From: Cyanophora paradoxa CCMP329
Taxonomy: Eukaryota > Plantae > Glaucophyta
Assembly: GCA_004431415.1 (NCBI GenBank)
Contig: QPMI01000010.1
Location: 520,730-584,729 of the forward strand
Direction of reading: 5' to 3'
DNA length: 64,000 bases
In this document: positions 23,085 through 33,832 of the stretch, piece by piece
Layout of the letters: each line of letters opens with the position of its first letter
Numbering within the stretch: position 1 is the stretch's first letter
The notes under the pieces: model-generated
The model's input: only the letters and a program-made list of their open reading frames with translations
Told to the model about the DNA's origin: nothing
Database searches by the model: none
Program-made: the position numbers and the translations under genes

Positions 23085-25970
23085 TACCGGCAGGGTCCCC
23101 GGTCAGCTCCAACAAGGAGGCGCGCGCCCCCGGTCAGCTCCAACAAGGAGGCGCGCGAGCTATATTACTATCAGGCCGATCCGTACAGTTGGGTTGCATA
23201 CCTGGAGACCTGGAAGGGCCTCGAAGCCCGCTACCGCAAAGAGCACCTGGAGGCCGAGGCGGCGCCTGGCGGCTCATACGTGGCCGACGCCCCAGCGTAC
23301 GCCTGGACGGACGGGAGCCTGAAAGAGGGCCAGACGGTTAACGCTCGCGCGGGCTACGCAGTACACTGGCCGGAAACGGACCTCAGAACTGGCGCAAGCC
23401 TGCACCCGCCGGGTATCCTCACGGACTTCTTTGCCCGGCTCCGGGGCCTGCAGGAGATCAACAAGGCGGAACTCCAGGCGGCGCTTATGGCTGACCTGCT
23501 CTCGCCTTTCGGAGCGGTTCTACACGTCGACAACATGAACGCGATCCGCTGGTACTCCGATTTCGTCCAGCACGCGAGCTGCCGCAGCCCGCGGGAATAC
23601 ATCCGGCACGCCTGCTCCGCGGAACTGTACGCATGGAGCAAGCTCAGGACAATGCTAGAGGAGCGCGGGCGGCCGCTCAAACTCGTCAAAGTCAAAGCGC
23701 ACGCGAAGGGCGACGCCCGCGACCCCCACAACGACGTCGCGGACGCCGGAGCGAACGTGGCGGCCGACCTGGAGCTGGCGGACGAACACCGGCATGAGCC
23801 TCTCTTTCTGCCGCCGGCCTTCAGCATGCCTGCGGTGCTCACCATCAGCGACCCCGACGGGCGCACACGACGGGTGGAAGGGGACCCCAAGGCACACATG
23901 GACGCACTTCACGAGCACCAGACGCACTTTGCCTGGACCCAACAACCGCTGGCTGGCGCGCTCCTGCGCCGAGGCGCCGACGGCGCAGACATAGCAGGGC
24001 TATATGCGGAAACGAGCGTAGGTTCCCGATTCCAAGGCGCCAATGGAGCCCGCAACGCGCTATTCAAGTTTCGGACGCAGCTGCTCTGTAGCTCGCTACC
24101 AGCGAACGAAGTCCGGGTACGTGACCAGAAGGAACTCTACGCCGCCTGCAACCCTGGGGGACGCTGTGCGGGCTGCGCCACCAGAACGCCGCTCCCTCGT
24201 GCAGAGACTAGCGGCCCGACAGCCTCACAGAACAGCCAGACTGCAACAGAGGCCTCGCATGCTCAACCAGCAGCGGGCGCCAGCCGCCCGATCCGGGCAC
24301 CGACGGCTCTCACCGCAGGCCCGACTGAAACTTTCCCGCACGTCTTCCTGTGCCCGGGTCCGCATGCGGTCGCGCACCGCGCGGAGACTGCTCGCGAACT
24401 GAACCGACTTCTGCTCTGCGCATACAGAGAGGCCCACGGCCTCACAGCGCCGCCAGCAGGAGCCCTCCTTGCTCCCGACCTGGTCCCAATCTTCCTCCGC
24501 GTCGCGGACGACGACACCGAGGCGCGCAGCTACGATGGTAGGCCGTACGCGTATCCGCGCCTCTGGGTGCTCCAGGGCCTTGCTCCGCAGAGTCTAGAAA
24601 GCGCCCTCACACGCTGCCTGAACCTTGCACCCCGGTACGCGGCACGCGCAGCTAAACGCGTTCGGCAAACGCTTCTGGAACGGGCCCGACGCCTCTGGTC
24701 ACGTCGCTGCGAAATCAACGCGGAGTGGGAACGCGACTGCCGCGTCTCCCAGGCCTCAAAGAAGCGACCGCGCCCGCCCCGCACGGGCGCCCGCGCCCGA
24801 GAGCGGGCCCGCGGCCCCGGACCTGTAAGGAAGTCTGCGCCGCCTGCGACGGGCCGATTCGCCTTCACAATCTACTCAACGCCGCTCGGAACGCAGACTG
24901 CCCACCGGAGTACGCGGGCTGGAAGGCGGCGCTCCGCGCCCAAGAGCTCTACGATTGCGTCAAGGTACGCCCTTGGGAGTCACATCCTAGCCCGCTCTAA
25001 ACGGTACCCCGAGCCGCGCGAAAGGGGGGGGGGGGGGGGGGCTACGTCGGGAGGAGACTCTCGACACCACCTACCTACTACTTCACCATACCTAGTCCTC
25101 GAGAAACTTACCTGATCTACTCTTAGCCTCGCACACACTAGATATAGCCGCCCCGACCGACTCGCTGGGCCCCGCCCAAGCGAGCGCCTGCCTTGCCTCC
25201 CTCTCCCGCTCTGCCCTCCCGCTCGCTCTCTTGGCCCTGCCTCCCATTCACGACCTCGCCCGCGCTCCTCGCGCCTCGACAGGGAGGGAACGATGGATCG
25301 GAAGGCTTGGCGGAAGGCTTCGGCTGGTCGTTGCACCCACCAGATACCCCGGCCATCGTGCCAGGACCGTGGGTTGAAGGACCGCCGCGGAGGGGGGCTC
25401 GCAATTGCCCGCGGCGGGGGTGCGGCGGCTGGTTCGAGGCTGGAAGCCCTGCTGACCGAGAAATCCGACCCTCCCCCTCCCCGCCACGGCCGGCGCCGAC
25501 CTTCTCCGTCCCGCCCCACTTCTTCCCCGCAACGTCCCCCTCGCCTCATTCCCCTCGGCCCCTCTACGCCGACGTGCTTCCACCCGCGCTTCGGGCGAGC
25601 GGCCCCTCGACGCGGAGCCCGCCGCGCTAGCTGTAGTCGCGGCCGCGTCGAGAGTAGGCAGATTAGACCGCGGGTCCGTCCTGGCTTTCCTACCGTACAG
25701 TAGAACAGCCCGCGAGCTCCGGACGTCCCGACGGTCCCTAGGCAGGCAGCACTAGCAGTAGTAGTGTTTTAATTTACCTCCCTCTCGTAGACCCTGGGTA
25801 GTCCTCTCGGTAGCCTAGTCCTAAGCTAGGCTAGATGTATAGGTAGTAGCTCTCTGCTCTGGGTTAGCTTTGCTTTAGTTTACGTCTCCTTGACTAGCTC
25901 CACCCTGTCCGATGGCTGATAGGTTCCCTACCCGGCGTAACCAGTAGGCTCATCTTTCGACTTGACACTT
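23085..25970 (+). mobile_element. 5'-truncated non-LTR retrotransposon inserted in the viral element (boundaries approximate)
   Basis: RNase H plus C-terminal Zn-knuckle ORF with no RT, followed by a long non-coding 3' region. A ~30-bp duplication lies at the 5' junction (23097-23157). Confidence 0.6.
23280..25115 (+). CDS. RNase H + CCHC-type zinc domain, C-terminal part of a LINE ORF2
   Basis: WTDGS, NKAELQA, HVDN and VKVKAH...NDVADAGA (RNase HI catalytic motifs); CAGC...ETFPHVFLC; LWSRRC. Confidence 0.8.
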   Translation: MADAPAYAWTDGSLKEGQTVNARAGYAVHWPETDLRTGASLHPPGILTDFFARLRGLQEINKAELQAALMADLLSPFGAVLHVDNMNAIRWYSDFVQHASCRSPREYIRHACSAELYAWSKLRTMLEERGRPLKLVKVKAHAKGDARDPHNDVADAGANVAADLELADEHRHEPLFLPPAFSMPAVLTISDPDGRTRRVEGDPKAHMDALHEHQTHFAWTQQPLAGALLRRGADGADIAGLYAETSVGSRFQGANGARNALFKFRTQLLCSSLPANEVRVRDQKELYAACNPGGRCAGCATRTPLPRAETSGPTASQNSQTATEASHAQPAAGASRPIRAPTALTAGPTETFPHVFLCPGPHAVAHRAETARELNRLLLCAYREAHGLTAPPAGALLAPDLVPIFLRVADDDTEARSYDGRPYAYPRLWVLQGLAPQSLESALTRCLNLAPRYAARAAKRVRQTLLERARRLWSRRCEINAEWERDCRVSQASKKRPRPPRTGARARERARGPGPVRKSAPPATGRFAFTIYSTPLGTQTAHRSTRAGRRRSAPKSSTIASRYALGSHILARSKRYPEPRERGGGGGATSGGDSRHHLPTTSPYLVLEKLT

Positions 25971-26052
25971 TACGGACTCCTCAGTTCTATCATTAGCCGT
26001 ATTGTCTCGGTGTGTGCGAATTCACTAATCCACCGGCATCTTCGCATACGTA

Positions 26053-26265
26053 ATGCACGACGATGATTTCAGGCGCAACACGTTCTACTTCTGCAAGCTC
26101 CTTCGCGACATTTCTTCGGAGCACCGCAAGGGCGATGAGTATGATTGGATTGAGCTCCTCCCCCGCAAGAGCGAGCTCGTACTCTGGAGAGATAAGTGCA
26201 TTGTAGGCAGGTTCAAGCTTAGCTCGATTCGTGTAGCCGTCGTAGAGGATCTGATGGTGAATTGA
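26053..26265 (+). CDS. Small hypothetical protein
   Basis: 70-aa ATG ORF of ordinary composition just upstream of SSB. Confidence 0.45.
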   Translation: MHDDDFRRNTFYFCKLLRDISSEHRKGDEYDWIELLPRKSELVLWRDKCIVGRFKLSSIRVAVVEDLMVN

Positions 26266-26370
26266 ACACGTGTTTTACCTGAATCACCTGAGCGCTCAGC
26301 TGAAGTCAGGTGGGGCGGCCTCAAATATTTTCTAGCGCTAGGCTGAAGCACACTCTAAGCTAACGCAACC

Positions 26371-27153
26371 ATGGCCACCGTCCGCAACGCCTCCGACATC
26401 GACCCCGCCAAGCTCGCCTTCGAAATCGACGCCAACGGCCGCATCAAGGCCAAGTACGACGGCCTGCAGGGCCTCATGATGTACGCGCCGCCCATGGTCA
26501 CGATCAACCCCTGCATCAACACCGAGCAAGGCAAGGCGTGGAGCGACGAGAAGAAGGCCTTCGTCATGGAAGAAAACGGCGGATTCTACACGCTGGACCT
26601 CACCGATCTCAGCGCCGTCGACGGCCAGACGAACCCAGCCGCGGACGAGTTCCTCAAGCTGCTGGAGGCCCTGGACGCGAAATTCTGCGAGTTCGTGCAG
26701 CAGAACCAGGCCAAGCTCAAGGTCTCGCCCGGCCGCAGCCTCAGCAAGGATCAGATCTCGGTGCTGCAGACGCCCAGCGTGCGCATCAAGGTCGACAAGG
26801 AGTCGGGCCAGGCCTTCTACAAGTACCTCAATATGCGCATCCGCACGCAGACGATGGCGGGCAAGCGCAAGACGATTCCCGTCGTCGACATGTCAAACTA
26901 CCTCATCACCGAGCGCGCCACCATCGGCACCGGAGACCTGGTGGCGGCCCTCGTTAAAATCGACACCGCCTACGCCATCCCCGAGGGCAAGTTCGGCCTC
27001 AAGTGGTCCTTCCTCGCCGTGCAGCAGTGCAAGGTCGGCGCCTTTCGCTTCGCCGGCCGCACGCCCGAGCTGGCCTTCAAGCCCTACGACAACGAGGCCG
27101 ATTTCGAGCCCTACCTAAACCCCGAGTCTATGTACACCACCCCCATGCAGTAG
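26371..27153 (+). CDS. NCLDV-type single-stranded DNA-binding protein (OB fold)
   Basis: FLKLLEALDAKF helix and C-terminal GDLVAALVKIDTAY...KFGLKWSFLAVQ pattern typical of NCLDV/T7 gp2.5-like SSBs. Confidence 0.7.
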   Translation: MATVRNASDIDPAKLAFEIDANGRIKAKYDGLQGLMMYAPPMVTINPCINTEQGKAWSDEKKAFVMEENGGFYTLDLTDLSAVDGQTNPAADEFLKLLEALDAKFCEFVQQNQAKLKVSPGRSLSKDQISVLQTPSVRIKVDKESGQAFYKYLNMRIRTQTMAGKRKTIPVVDMSNYLITERATIGTGDLVAALVKIDTAYAIPEGKFGLKWSFLAVQQCKVGAFRFAGRTPELAFKPYDNEADFEPYLNPESMYTTPMQ

Positions 27154-27207
27154 CTTAGCCGAATAAATTGTAATTTCTCTGGTGCAATTGATTACAAGCG
27201 TTTACAC

Positions 27208-28011
27208 TCAAAGGCCGTTGAACTTGCCGCCCACCGCCTTGGGCTCCGCCGCCGTCGAGGCCGCCGCCTCCGTCACCTCCTTCATCATCTCCGGGTTCGC
27301 GTTGGCCGCGTGCACCGCCAGCACCGTCTGCACAAGGGCCATCCCCAGGCGCGCCTCGGGCCCCAGGGTCACGTAGCGCGAGTATTTAATGACCAGCTCC
27401 TCTAAAATCGGCTGCACTTGGTCCATCGAGGCCAGCGTCGCCTGCCCGAGCCCGTCTAACTTCAGGCCGATCGGATCGTACGCTTTGTTCAGATGCTCCA
27501 GCGAGTGCATCCCCGCGATCAGAAAGAGGCGCGCAGCCTCCAGCGAACCCCGCGTGCTCAGCTCGCGCTGAATTTCCTCGTACTCTTCCTTCAGCTCGTC
27601 CAGCGGCGTCGCGAGGCTCAGCTTTTTCGTGGACGTCAGCTCGCCCCCGAACGAGCGCCTGTACTGTGCGATCTGCCGCAGAACCTGCTTCTTCTCGTCC
27701 ACGTCCACCTGCGCCTCGTCGCGCGGCTTTTCCTGCAGGTCGATCCCCAGCGCCTTTTTCACGCTCTGCTCCTTCTTTTTCGTCATTTCGATGTGCTCCT
27801 GCACGCTGAAGCTCGCGCCCTTGCTCGGCGCCGTCGGCGGCACCGTGGGCCCGTCGCCCGGCAGCGACGTCTTGTCTGCCTTCGGCGCCTTCTCGCCCTT
27901 TTCCTTGCCTTCCTTCGCGGGGCGGCCCTTCTTCCGAGGCTGCGGGATCCCCACCGGGTTCGGCCCGTCCACGGCCAGCGCGTCGAAGCCAAGCATGGAA
28001 GAGGGGTCCAT
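27208..28011 (-). CDS. Conserved NCLDV protein, DUF5767-like
   Basis: LDELKEEYEEI...LEHLNKAYDPIGLKLDG...LEELVIKY...PEARL...VHAAN pattern. Confidence 0.65.
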   Translation of the reverse strand: MDPSSMLGFDALAVDGPNPVGIPQPRKKGRPAKEGKEKGEKAPKADKTSLPGDGPTVPPTAPSKGASFSVQEHIEMTKKKEQSVKKALGIDLQEKPRDEAQVDVDEKKQVLRQIAQYRRSFGGELTSTKKLSLATPLDELKEEYEEIQRELSTRGSLEAARLFLIAGMHSLEHLNKAYDPIGLKLDGLGQATLASMDQVQPILEELVIKYSRYVTLGPEARLGMALVQTVLAVHAANANPEMMKEVTEAAASTAAEPKAVGGKFNGL

Positions 28012-28036
28012 CGTTACGCTTGCCCCTTAGAAATAT

Positions 28037-28366
28037 TTACTCGGAGGTCAGCTCGACGAAGAGCTCGATGTAAAGCCACAGTTTCTCGCGCAGCTCGGGC
28101 CCGCTCCCGTAGAAGAGCGAGCGCACGGCCGAGGCGTACTCCTGCGGCAGCTTCGCGAAAACTCCGTCGTCTTTCGCTCTAATTAATTCGGCCTCCGCGT
28201 TGATGTGCCTCCTAAATAGAACGATGACCGCCGTGGCGCCTATGCCGCGCAGCGACTGGATCTGCGCCCGCACCCCCGGCTCCTTGGCCTCCGGCTCCAG
28301 CAGGTCGAGGAAGCGGCCCCAGCGCGCCTCGATCTGCTCGCCCAGCGTCGCCTCCGTCGCTGCCAT
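28037..28366 (-). CDS. Viral hypothetical protein
   Basis: 109-aa ORF ending EKLWLYIELFVEL; upstream motif. Confidence 0.7.
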   Translation of the reverse strand: MAATEATLGEQIEARWGRFLDLLEPEAKEPGVRAQIQSLRGIGATAVIVLFRRHINAEAELIRAKDDGVFAKLPQEYASAVRSLFYGSGPELREKLWLYIELFVELTSE

Positions 28367-28388
28367 GTGCTTGCGTGTGCGTTAGAAA

Positions 28389-29264
28389 TTAGCGACCAGG
28401 CTGCAGGGCGGCTGCGGCTGCAGTGTATGCCTCCGCCTTCCGAGTATTGGTTTCGCGGAGGATGTTTTGCTGTGCTGTCTCGGTGCCCAGGACGAGGGCC
28501 TGGAACGCAGCTTGAATTGCCATCTGAGGCCCGTTGAGAGCCGATGACATCCCGGCTACCGTCCCCCTTCCACGAGTCGACTGAATTTGGGATGCCGCGG
28601 CGCCGGGGATTATACCATCTCCCAGCCCCTGGATGGGGTTCACTGTGGCAGGTAGTATGTTCTGGTCCGCGTACGGGGTCGCCGTCGGGATTGCCGGGCC
28701 GCGCGTGCCTTGCTGGTCCATGAGAATGGCACCGAACGGATTGCCCTTGGAGAAGTCGACATCGAAACGCTGAATTTCGATATCCTGCTCGATCATATTC
28801 GTAATTCGCTCGAGCAGCTCGGGGTAATATTCCTCGAGCATTTTAGCCACGCCTGGCTGCTTCAGGTCGAAGGCCGTCATCGCCCACTGGTCGAAATCGC
28901 GAATCATGATTTCCTTCCGCAGCGTGAACGCATTCTCGACGTCCTCTTCGTTGATCTGGCGATTAGGGTAGGCATTCTGCAGCTGCTGTCGAATGCCCAT
29001 CCGCATCAGCTTCTCCATCTGCGGGGTGTACTTCATGGCCGGCAGGGCCTTCGTATCCGTGGTGCTCTGACCCAGGCCGCGGGCCACGTCCTCGGGCGTG
29101 TACACATCGCCTTTGCCCGCTGGAACTGGCACCTCGGGCAGAATCGTGCCGGGCGCGTACTTCTCGATAATTCCCGTCACCTCGCCCTTCAGGTCGTTCT
29201 TCAGCGACTGGCGCTGCTTCTTAGAGCCCTCCCCAATGTCCATCATGGAATGGCCCTTCGTCAT
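28389..29264 (-). CDS. Viral hypothetical (probable virion) protein
   Basis: 291-aa ORF directly downstream of MCP; upstream motif. Confidence 0.75.
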   Translation of the reverse strand: MTKGHSMMDIGEGSKKQRQSLKNDLKGEVTGIIEKYAPGTILPEVPVPAGKGDVYTPEDVARGLGQSTTDTKALPAMKYTPQMEKLMRMGIRQQLQNAYPNRQINEEDVENAFTLRKEIMIRDFDQWAMTAFDLKQPGVAKMLEEYYPELLERITNMIEQDIEIQRFDVDFSKGNPFGAILMDQQGTRGPAIPTATPYADQNILPATVNPIQGLGDGIIPGAAASQIQSTRGRGTVAGMSSALNGPQMAIQAAFQALVLGTETAQQNILRETNTRKAEAYTAAAAALQPGR

Positions 29265-29354
29265 CGTGCCTCGGTTAGGATCCCAGTGGGAAAATTTATT
29301 GGTTCACATCGGCGGCCGAGGCTCGCCCCTCTCACACTCTGGCTAGCTGGCAAT

Positions 29355-30728
29355 CTAGTGGAAGCGGCGGTAGGCGCCGCCGTTGGTGAAGGTGATCTCG
29401 TTGTAGTAGCGGCAGTAGATGTCGGCCACGGGCAGGTTGGGTGCCGTGTAGGTCTTGAGCGTGGTGAGCGTGAGCTCGATGGTCTTGAAGGCGCCCATGT
29501 CGAGGCCGCCGAACATCTTGGTGTTGTCGGCCACGTCCGCGCCGAAGGGGAGCGAGTAGATGAACTCCGTGCCGAACTGGCCCACGTTGCGGGGCTGGAT
29601 GTCGCTGCTGTGCGCGTCGTGGGTCGCAAGGGTCGTGGGGGGCGTGTCGTTGCCCGACCACGGGTGCGGGTGCAGCGCGTCGGCCACGTCGGCCGCCGCC
29701 GTCCCGTCCATCGAGGTCACGCCCCGCAGCAGCTCGAGGTGCTTGCGCGTGGGGGCGTGCGTGTGCTCCTTGTGTGCGATGGCCGTGCGCAAAAAGTGCG
29801 CATCGTGGTTCGAGCTGTCGACCACCTTGATGTTGTCGCACTTCAGCTCGATCTTGTCGAGCGGGCGGAAGCGCCAGAAGTGCTCGCCGTTGTCGGTGTG
29901 CGGCTTGTCGCGCACCACCACGATCAGCTCGTAGCAGATCCCCGTGAAGGGCAGGCGGATGGCGGCGCCCGACGTGAACTGGACGTGGTAGTGCTGCACG
30001 TACTTGCCGGCCCACGTGAACGAGTTCGGGTGCAGCGCCAGCTCGCGCGAGTCGATGTGCACGTAGCGCAGGATGAGCTTGGTGTCCAGGCCGACGGTGC
30101 TCGCCAGGCCGGTGTTCGTGTGCAGGCCGCCGTCCACGAAGGAGGCCGTCACCTCCTTCTGCGAGGCGTAGGTGATCTGCAGCTTCATCTCGTTGCCCGT
30201 CCCGCGGATCTTGTGGAGGGGCACGGCGAACTTTCGACCGAAGCCCGTCGCGATGCGGATCGGCACGTACAGCGTGTTCGGGGCCTTGCCCCGGCGGCGC
30301 AGCGGCTGGTGCGCCCAGAGGTTGTTCACCATGTCGACGTGCTCGGTGACGGACTTGTCGTCCTCGAACTCGCCGTAGATGGCGTCGTGGTGGCCGTCGT
30401 ACTCGTGGATCAGCTGCGTGCCCACGAAGATCTTCACCTTCTTGAGCAGCACGTAGCCGGCCTTCGGGATGTAGAAGTGGTCGGCGTTCGTCAGCGCCGG
30501 CAGCGTCACCCGGAGCCAGGCGTCGTTGAACATCGGCGCCGAGTGCGGGATGACGATGTCGACGGTCTGGCCGAAGGTGACGCCCGACTGCACGGGGCTC
30601 ACCTCGAGCACCTCGTCCACGAACGGCATCGCCGTGTCGAAGGTCTCGTGCACGTGCACCGACGCGTCGGAGCTGCGCAGCGAGTGGTGCAGGGCGGTCG
30701 AGGGGGTGGAGATGAGCGCGGAAGCCAT
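29355..30728 (-). CDS. Major capsid protein, NCLDV-type double jelly roll
   Basis: FGQTVDIVIP...WLRVTLP...GYVLLKKVKIFVGTQLIHEYDG; LYVPI; IYSLPF...GGLDM...YNEITFTNGGAYRRF. Confidence 0.92.
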   Translation of the reverse strand: MASALISTPSTALHHSLRSSDASVHVHETFDTAMPFVDEVLEVSPVQSGVTFGQTVDIVIPHSAPMFNDAWLRVTLPALTNADHFYIPKAGYVLLKKVKIFVGTQLIHEYDGHHDAIYGEFEDDKSVTEHVDMVNNLWAHQPLRRRGKAPNTLYVPIRIATGFGRKFAVPLHKIRGTGNEMKLQITYASQKEVTASFVDGGLHTNTGLASTVGLDTKLILRYVHIDSRELALHPNSFTWAGKYVQHYHVQFTSGAAIRLPFTGICYELIVVVRDKPHTDNGEHFWRFRPLDKIELKCDNIKVVDSSNHDAHFLRTAIAHKEHTHAPTRKHLELLRGVTSMDGTAAADVADALHPHPWSGNDTPPTTLATHDAHSSDIQPRNVGQFGTEFIYSLPFGADVADNTKMFGGLDMGAFKTIELTLTTLKTYTAPNLPVADIYCRYYNEITFTNGGAYRRFH

Positions 30729-30768
30729 GGTTTAGGGGTGCGTTGAGAAAATTTTTTGGAGGGCTCGC

Positions 30769-32718
30769 CTACGTTATTAGAGGGCGCGGCCCCCGTCGCG
30801 CCAGGTCCTCGTCGTACGCCTTCTTGCGGAGTGCGTCTGTGATCGCAGACCAGTCGCGTCTTCCGTCGAGATAACCCATGACAAGTCCTCTGTCCAACTT
30901 GAAGTAACGCTCCGGCTCCAAGTTCATGAGTTGCTGGGCCCGCTCCTCGACGCGCCGCACTCGTTCCGTAAAGGGGCCCTTCGCCGCAGATCCCAGCGGG
31001 TCCTCCTCTCGCTCAGCTTCGTAGAATTTTACAATGTCTCCGCCCAGATTCGAAATATCACGGTGCTGTTCTGCAATCCGCGCCTGTTGGCGGTTGACAC
31101 CGGTGGCCCGGGCCTGGGCTATGGCCGCCAGCTGATTATAATCGATTTTACCGGCAAGGAATTGTTGCACAGCCTCGTCCCCTGCCGCGCGCGTAATTTC
31201 GGACGAGACCGTTTCCAGGAATCCCGCCCGCAGCTCGCTTTCCGCTGCCTCTGCCTGCTCGCGGACCGCGCGCTCAGCTGGGGTTTCCACTTCCATTCGT
31301 TCGGGTCGTGTACCGCTGCGGATTTGCTTCAGCAGCCCCGCACGGCGAGATTCTGCTGCGTCTTTCACCTTCTTGACGGCATTGTCAGTCGCGTCATTTC
31401 CATCCATCGTCGTATACCCGGGTCGCCGCCCCGCATCCTTGTACGCGGCCCTGCGCTTGTCCGCGGCTTCCGCCTCGCGCGGGGATGAGGGGACGATCCC
31501 CGCGTTTGCGAGTTGAGCCTGGACGGCGACGGGCACCTGCTCGAGCACGGCCCTCGCCGCTGCAACGGCCACCGCCTCGGCTGCTACCACCTCTGGCGGG
31601 CGCGAGGGCCCCGCCTGCGGCTCGGGCGGGGGCGGGGGCGGGGGCTGCTGCTCCGGTGGGGGTGCGGACGGCCTGGCCACGGTCTCCGGGGGCTGAGAAG
31701 GGCCGGGCTGGGGCGCCAGCGGGGGCGTCTTCGGTCCGGGAGGCGGAGGCGGCGGCGGTGGCGGCCCCGGCGGCGGCGGCGGTGCCCCCCCTTCGTCGTC
31801 TGACCCGTCCATGTCGTCCCTGGGGGCCTTGGACGGCAGGGCCTTCTGAATGAGGGCCTCGCGCGCGCCCCTGCCCGCCTTGATTTCTCTGCGCATGGCC
31901 TCCTCTGGGAAATTGGCCTCGATGGCCTCGTTGTCCTGGCTCGTGATGCGCGCATTCTGCTCGCGGCGGGCCTTGATGTACTTCTCCTTGTCGATTCGCT
32001 TCTTCGCCCGCCTTTTCTCCCTGGGTACGTCGCGCTGGCGGCTCTCGTCCGGCCCCGGCCCCTCGCTGTCCGAGCTCGAGGGCGGCTCGGCCTGGGCAAA
32101 GGGCTGGCGCGTGTTGCGGTTCGTCCAGTCGGGGTCGTACTTCCCTCCGATCAGCTCCTCGGGCTTCTTGTTCTCTCGTGCGTAAATGCTCGTGGGCTTG
32201 AATTCCTCTCCGTTGATGATGTACTTGTAGTAGTAATACGCGTCCTCGAGGTTCATCGGGCCCAGAGTCTCGAGGCGCTTCTTGCGCTTCAGGAATTCGG
32301 TAATCTGATCCTCCTTCGACTTGCAGAACTCGCGCACTCCCGGCAGCACCGTCAGATTCTTGCCGTCCACGTCGCAGGCGCCCGCCCCCTTGGCCTTCAG
32401 GTTCGCGGTGAAGGCCGACTGGCCCATCAGCCATGCGCGGAAGCCCTCCTCGTACTCTTCGTCGAGGCTCGACTCCATCTGCTGGAATTTGTTGATGTAG
32501 TACGCGTTGGCGATGGCCTGGGCCTCCACCTCGGCGAGCTTGTCCGATTGATCGCGCTCCTCGAACCGAATTTCCGGCGTGGCCCTCGCCAGCGTCGTCT
32601 TCATCATCTGCTGAAAGTGCGCGTACTTGTCGCTCTCGAAGGGCGTGATGTGCGAGTCCCCGCCCCCCGGGATCGCGAGCACGTTGCGCGGCGCGAAACG
32701 CGAGGCGAGCCCCCTCAT
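30769..32718 (-). CDS. Viral protein with Pro-rich linker
   Basis: 649-aa ORF with a globular N-terminus (FRAWLMG...PMNLEDAYYYYKY), poly-Pro middle and helical C-terminus. Confidence 0.75.
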   Translation of the reverse strand: MRGLASRFAPRNVLAIPGGGDSHITPFESDKYAHFQQMMKTTLARATPEIRFEERDQSDKLAEVEAQAIANAYYINKFQQMESSLDEEYEEGFRAWLMGQSAFTANLKAKGAGACDVDGKNLTVLPGVREFCKSKEDQITEFLKRKKRLETLGPMNLEDAYYYYKYIINGEEFKPTSIYARENKKPEELIGGKYDPDWTNRNTRQPFAQAEPPSSSDSEGPGPDESRQRDVPREKRRAKKRIDKEKYIKARREQNARITSQDNEAIEANFPEEAMRREIKAGRGAREALIQKALPSKAPRDDMDGSDDEGGAPPPPPGPPPPPPPPPGPKTPPLAPQPGPSQPPETVARPSAPPPEQQPPPPPPPEPQAGPSRPPEVVAAEAVAVAAARAVLEQVPVAVQAQLANAGIVPSSPREAEAADKRRAAYKDAGRRPGYTTMDGNDATDNAVKKVKDAAESRRAGLLKQIRSGTRPERMEVETPAERAVREQAEAAESELRAGFLETVSSEITRAAGDEAVQQFLAGKIDYNQLAAIAQARATGVNRQQARIAEQHRDISNLGGDIVKFYEAEREEDPLGSAAKGPFTERVRRVEERAQQLMNLEPERYFKLDRGLVMGYLDGRRDWSAITDALRKKAYDEDLARRGPRPLIT

Positions 32719-32993
32719 TTGCTCTTCTTAGGGGTGGGCTTTGAAATTTTATCGGTCTTGGCCTTGTCTTCCTTCCCGTCCTTCTTGTCGCCGCCCTTCT
32801 TCCCCTGCTTCGTCGGGCGCATCGCCACGAATATTTCGCCGGGCGAGACGTCCTCGTACAGCGGCTTCGGCCCCTTTGGAAATTCGGGCGGGCCCTTCAG
32901 CTTCTCCTTCGCCTCCTTCACCTCCGCCTTGGACGGCTTCTCCTGCCCGTTCGTGGGCGCCTTTTTCGCGGGCTTCTTCTGTGTCTCTGGCAT
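32715..32993 (-). CDS. Small Lys-rich basic protein (possible DNA-condensing)
   Basis: 92 aa and very Lys-rich; the stop overlaps the next ATG (ATGA). Confidence 0.65.
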   Translation of the reverse strand: MPETQKKPAKKAPTNGQEKPSKAEVKEAKEKLKGPPEFPKGPKPLYEDVSPGEIFVAMRPTKQGKKGGDKKDGKEDKAKTDKISKPTPKKSK

Positions 32994-32995
32994 GT

Positions 32996-33334
32996 TTAAC
33001 CGTCACCAGAAAAATATGGGTTCGCACCCCCGTACGTCTCGGGGAACTGCCTCTCCCACCTGCGCACGGCCGCGTCCCTCTGGTCGCCGAAGCTACGGTA
33101 GGCCGCGGCCCTCTGACCCATCACGATTTGCCAGAGCCGTGCACGGACCTCGCCCTGCAGTCTGTACACCCAATCGCGAATGTTCTCGACGATATCCGTC
33201 GGCAGCGTGGCCAACCCCGCCTTCAGCTCGGGCACATCCGTGGGATCCTCTTCGAGCGTCAGCTTCTGCATGCGTGCGCGCAGCATCTCAATTTGCGTGT
33301 CAATTGGGGCCCAGTAAGGGGCAGATCGAGACAT
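32996..33334 (-). CDS. Viral hypothetical protein
   Basis: 112-aa ORF with upstream motif. Confidence 0.65.
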   Translation of the reverse strand: MSRSAPYWAPIDTQIEMLRARMQKLTLEEDPTDVPELKAGLATLPTDIVENIRDWVYRLQGEVRARLWQIVMGQRAAAYRSFGDQRDAAVRRWERQFPETYGGANPYFSGDG

Positions 33335-33346
33335 CGGGGTACGGGG

Positions 33347-33610
33347 TCACTGAGAAATTACACTGGGTCGGAAGAGGAGGTACCCCACCAGGATCCCCGC
33401 TATAATCCAGAGGGGCGACCAGTCGCGCTCCGCCGGCGCGCCCCCGGGCGTCACCATCAGCTGCCCCGCCCCGGGCCTGCGGAGGCCGTACGTGCGGTGG
33501 TCCGCCCAGTGCGGGCGCGGGAACTGCTCCTGCGGCATGCGCTCGGGGTAAACGCCGTCGAATCGGTTCTGCATTTGGTACATGTCCCTATCGAACAGCA
33601 GGGAGGCCAT
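33347..33610 (-). CDS. Small viral membrane protein
   Basis: C-terminal LWIIAGILVGYLLF. Confidence 0.7.
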   Translation of the reverse strand: MASLLFDRDMYQMQNRFDGVYPERMPQEQFPRPHWADHRTYGLRRPGAGQLMVTPGGAPAERDWSPLWIIAGILVGYLLFRPSVISQ

Positions 33611-33832
33611 TTCTTAATTTGGGGAGGGACTTAGAAATACTGCCCGTGAGCTCCCTGTCGCGGATCCTGCGAAAATCGGCGAAGAGGCCGCGCGCGCAGC
33701 GCCTGCAGACGAGGCGGGCCCGCCCGCCCACGCGCGCCACCGTGATCTCGTGGCCGAACTGCAGGTGGCCCGGGAAGCAGGTGGGGGGGTAGTCGCAGAC
33801 GAAGCAGTGGCAGGGGCAGTTGCGCCGCCGAA

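Noticed and set aside
28710-30746. 678-aa + strand ORF
   Set aside because: Antisense shadow of the MCP gene caused by GC-rich codon bias; no motifs.
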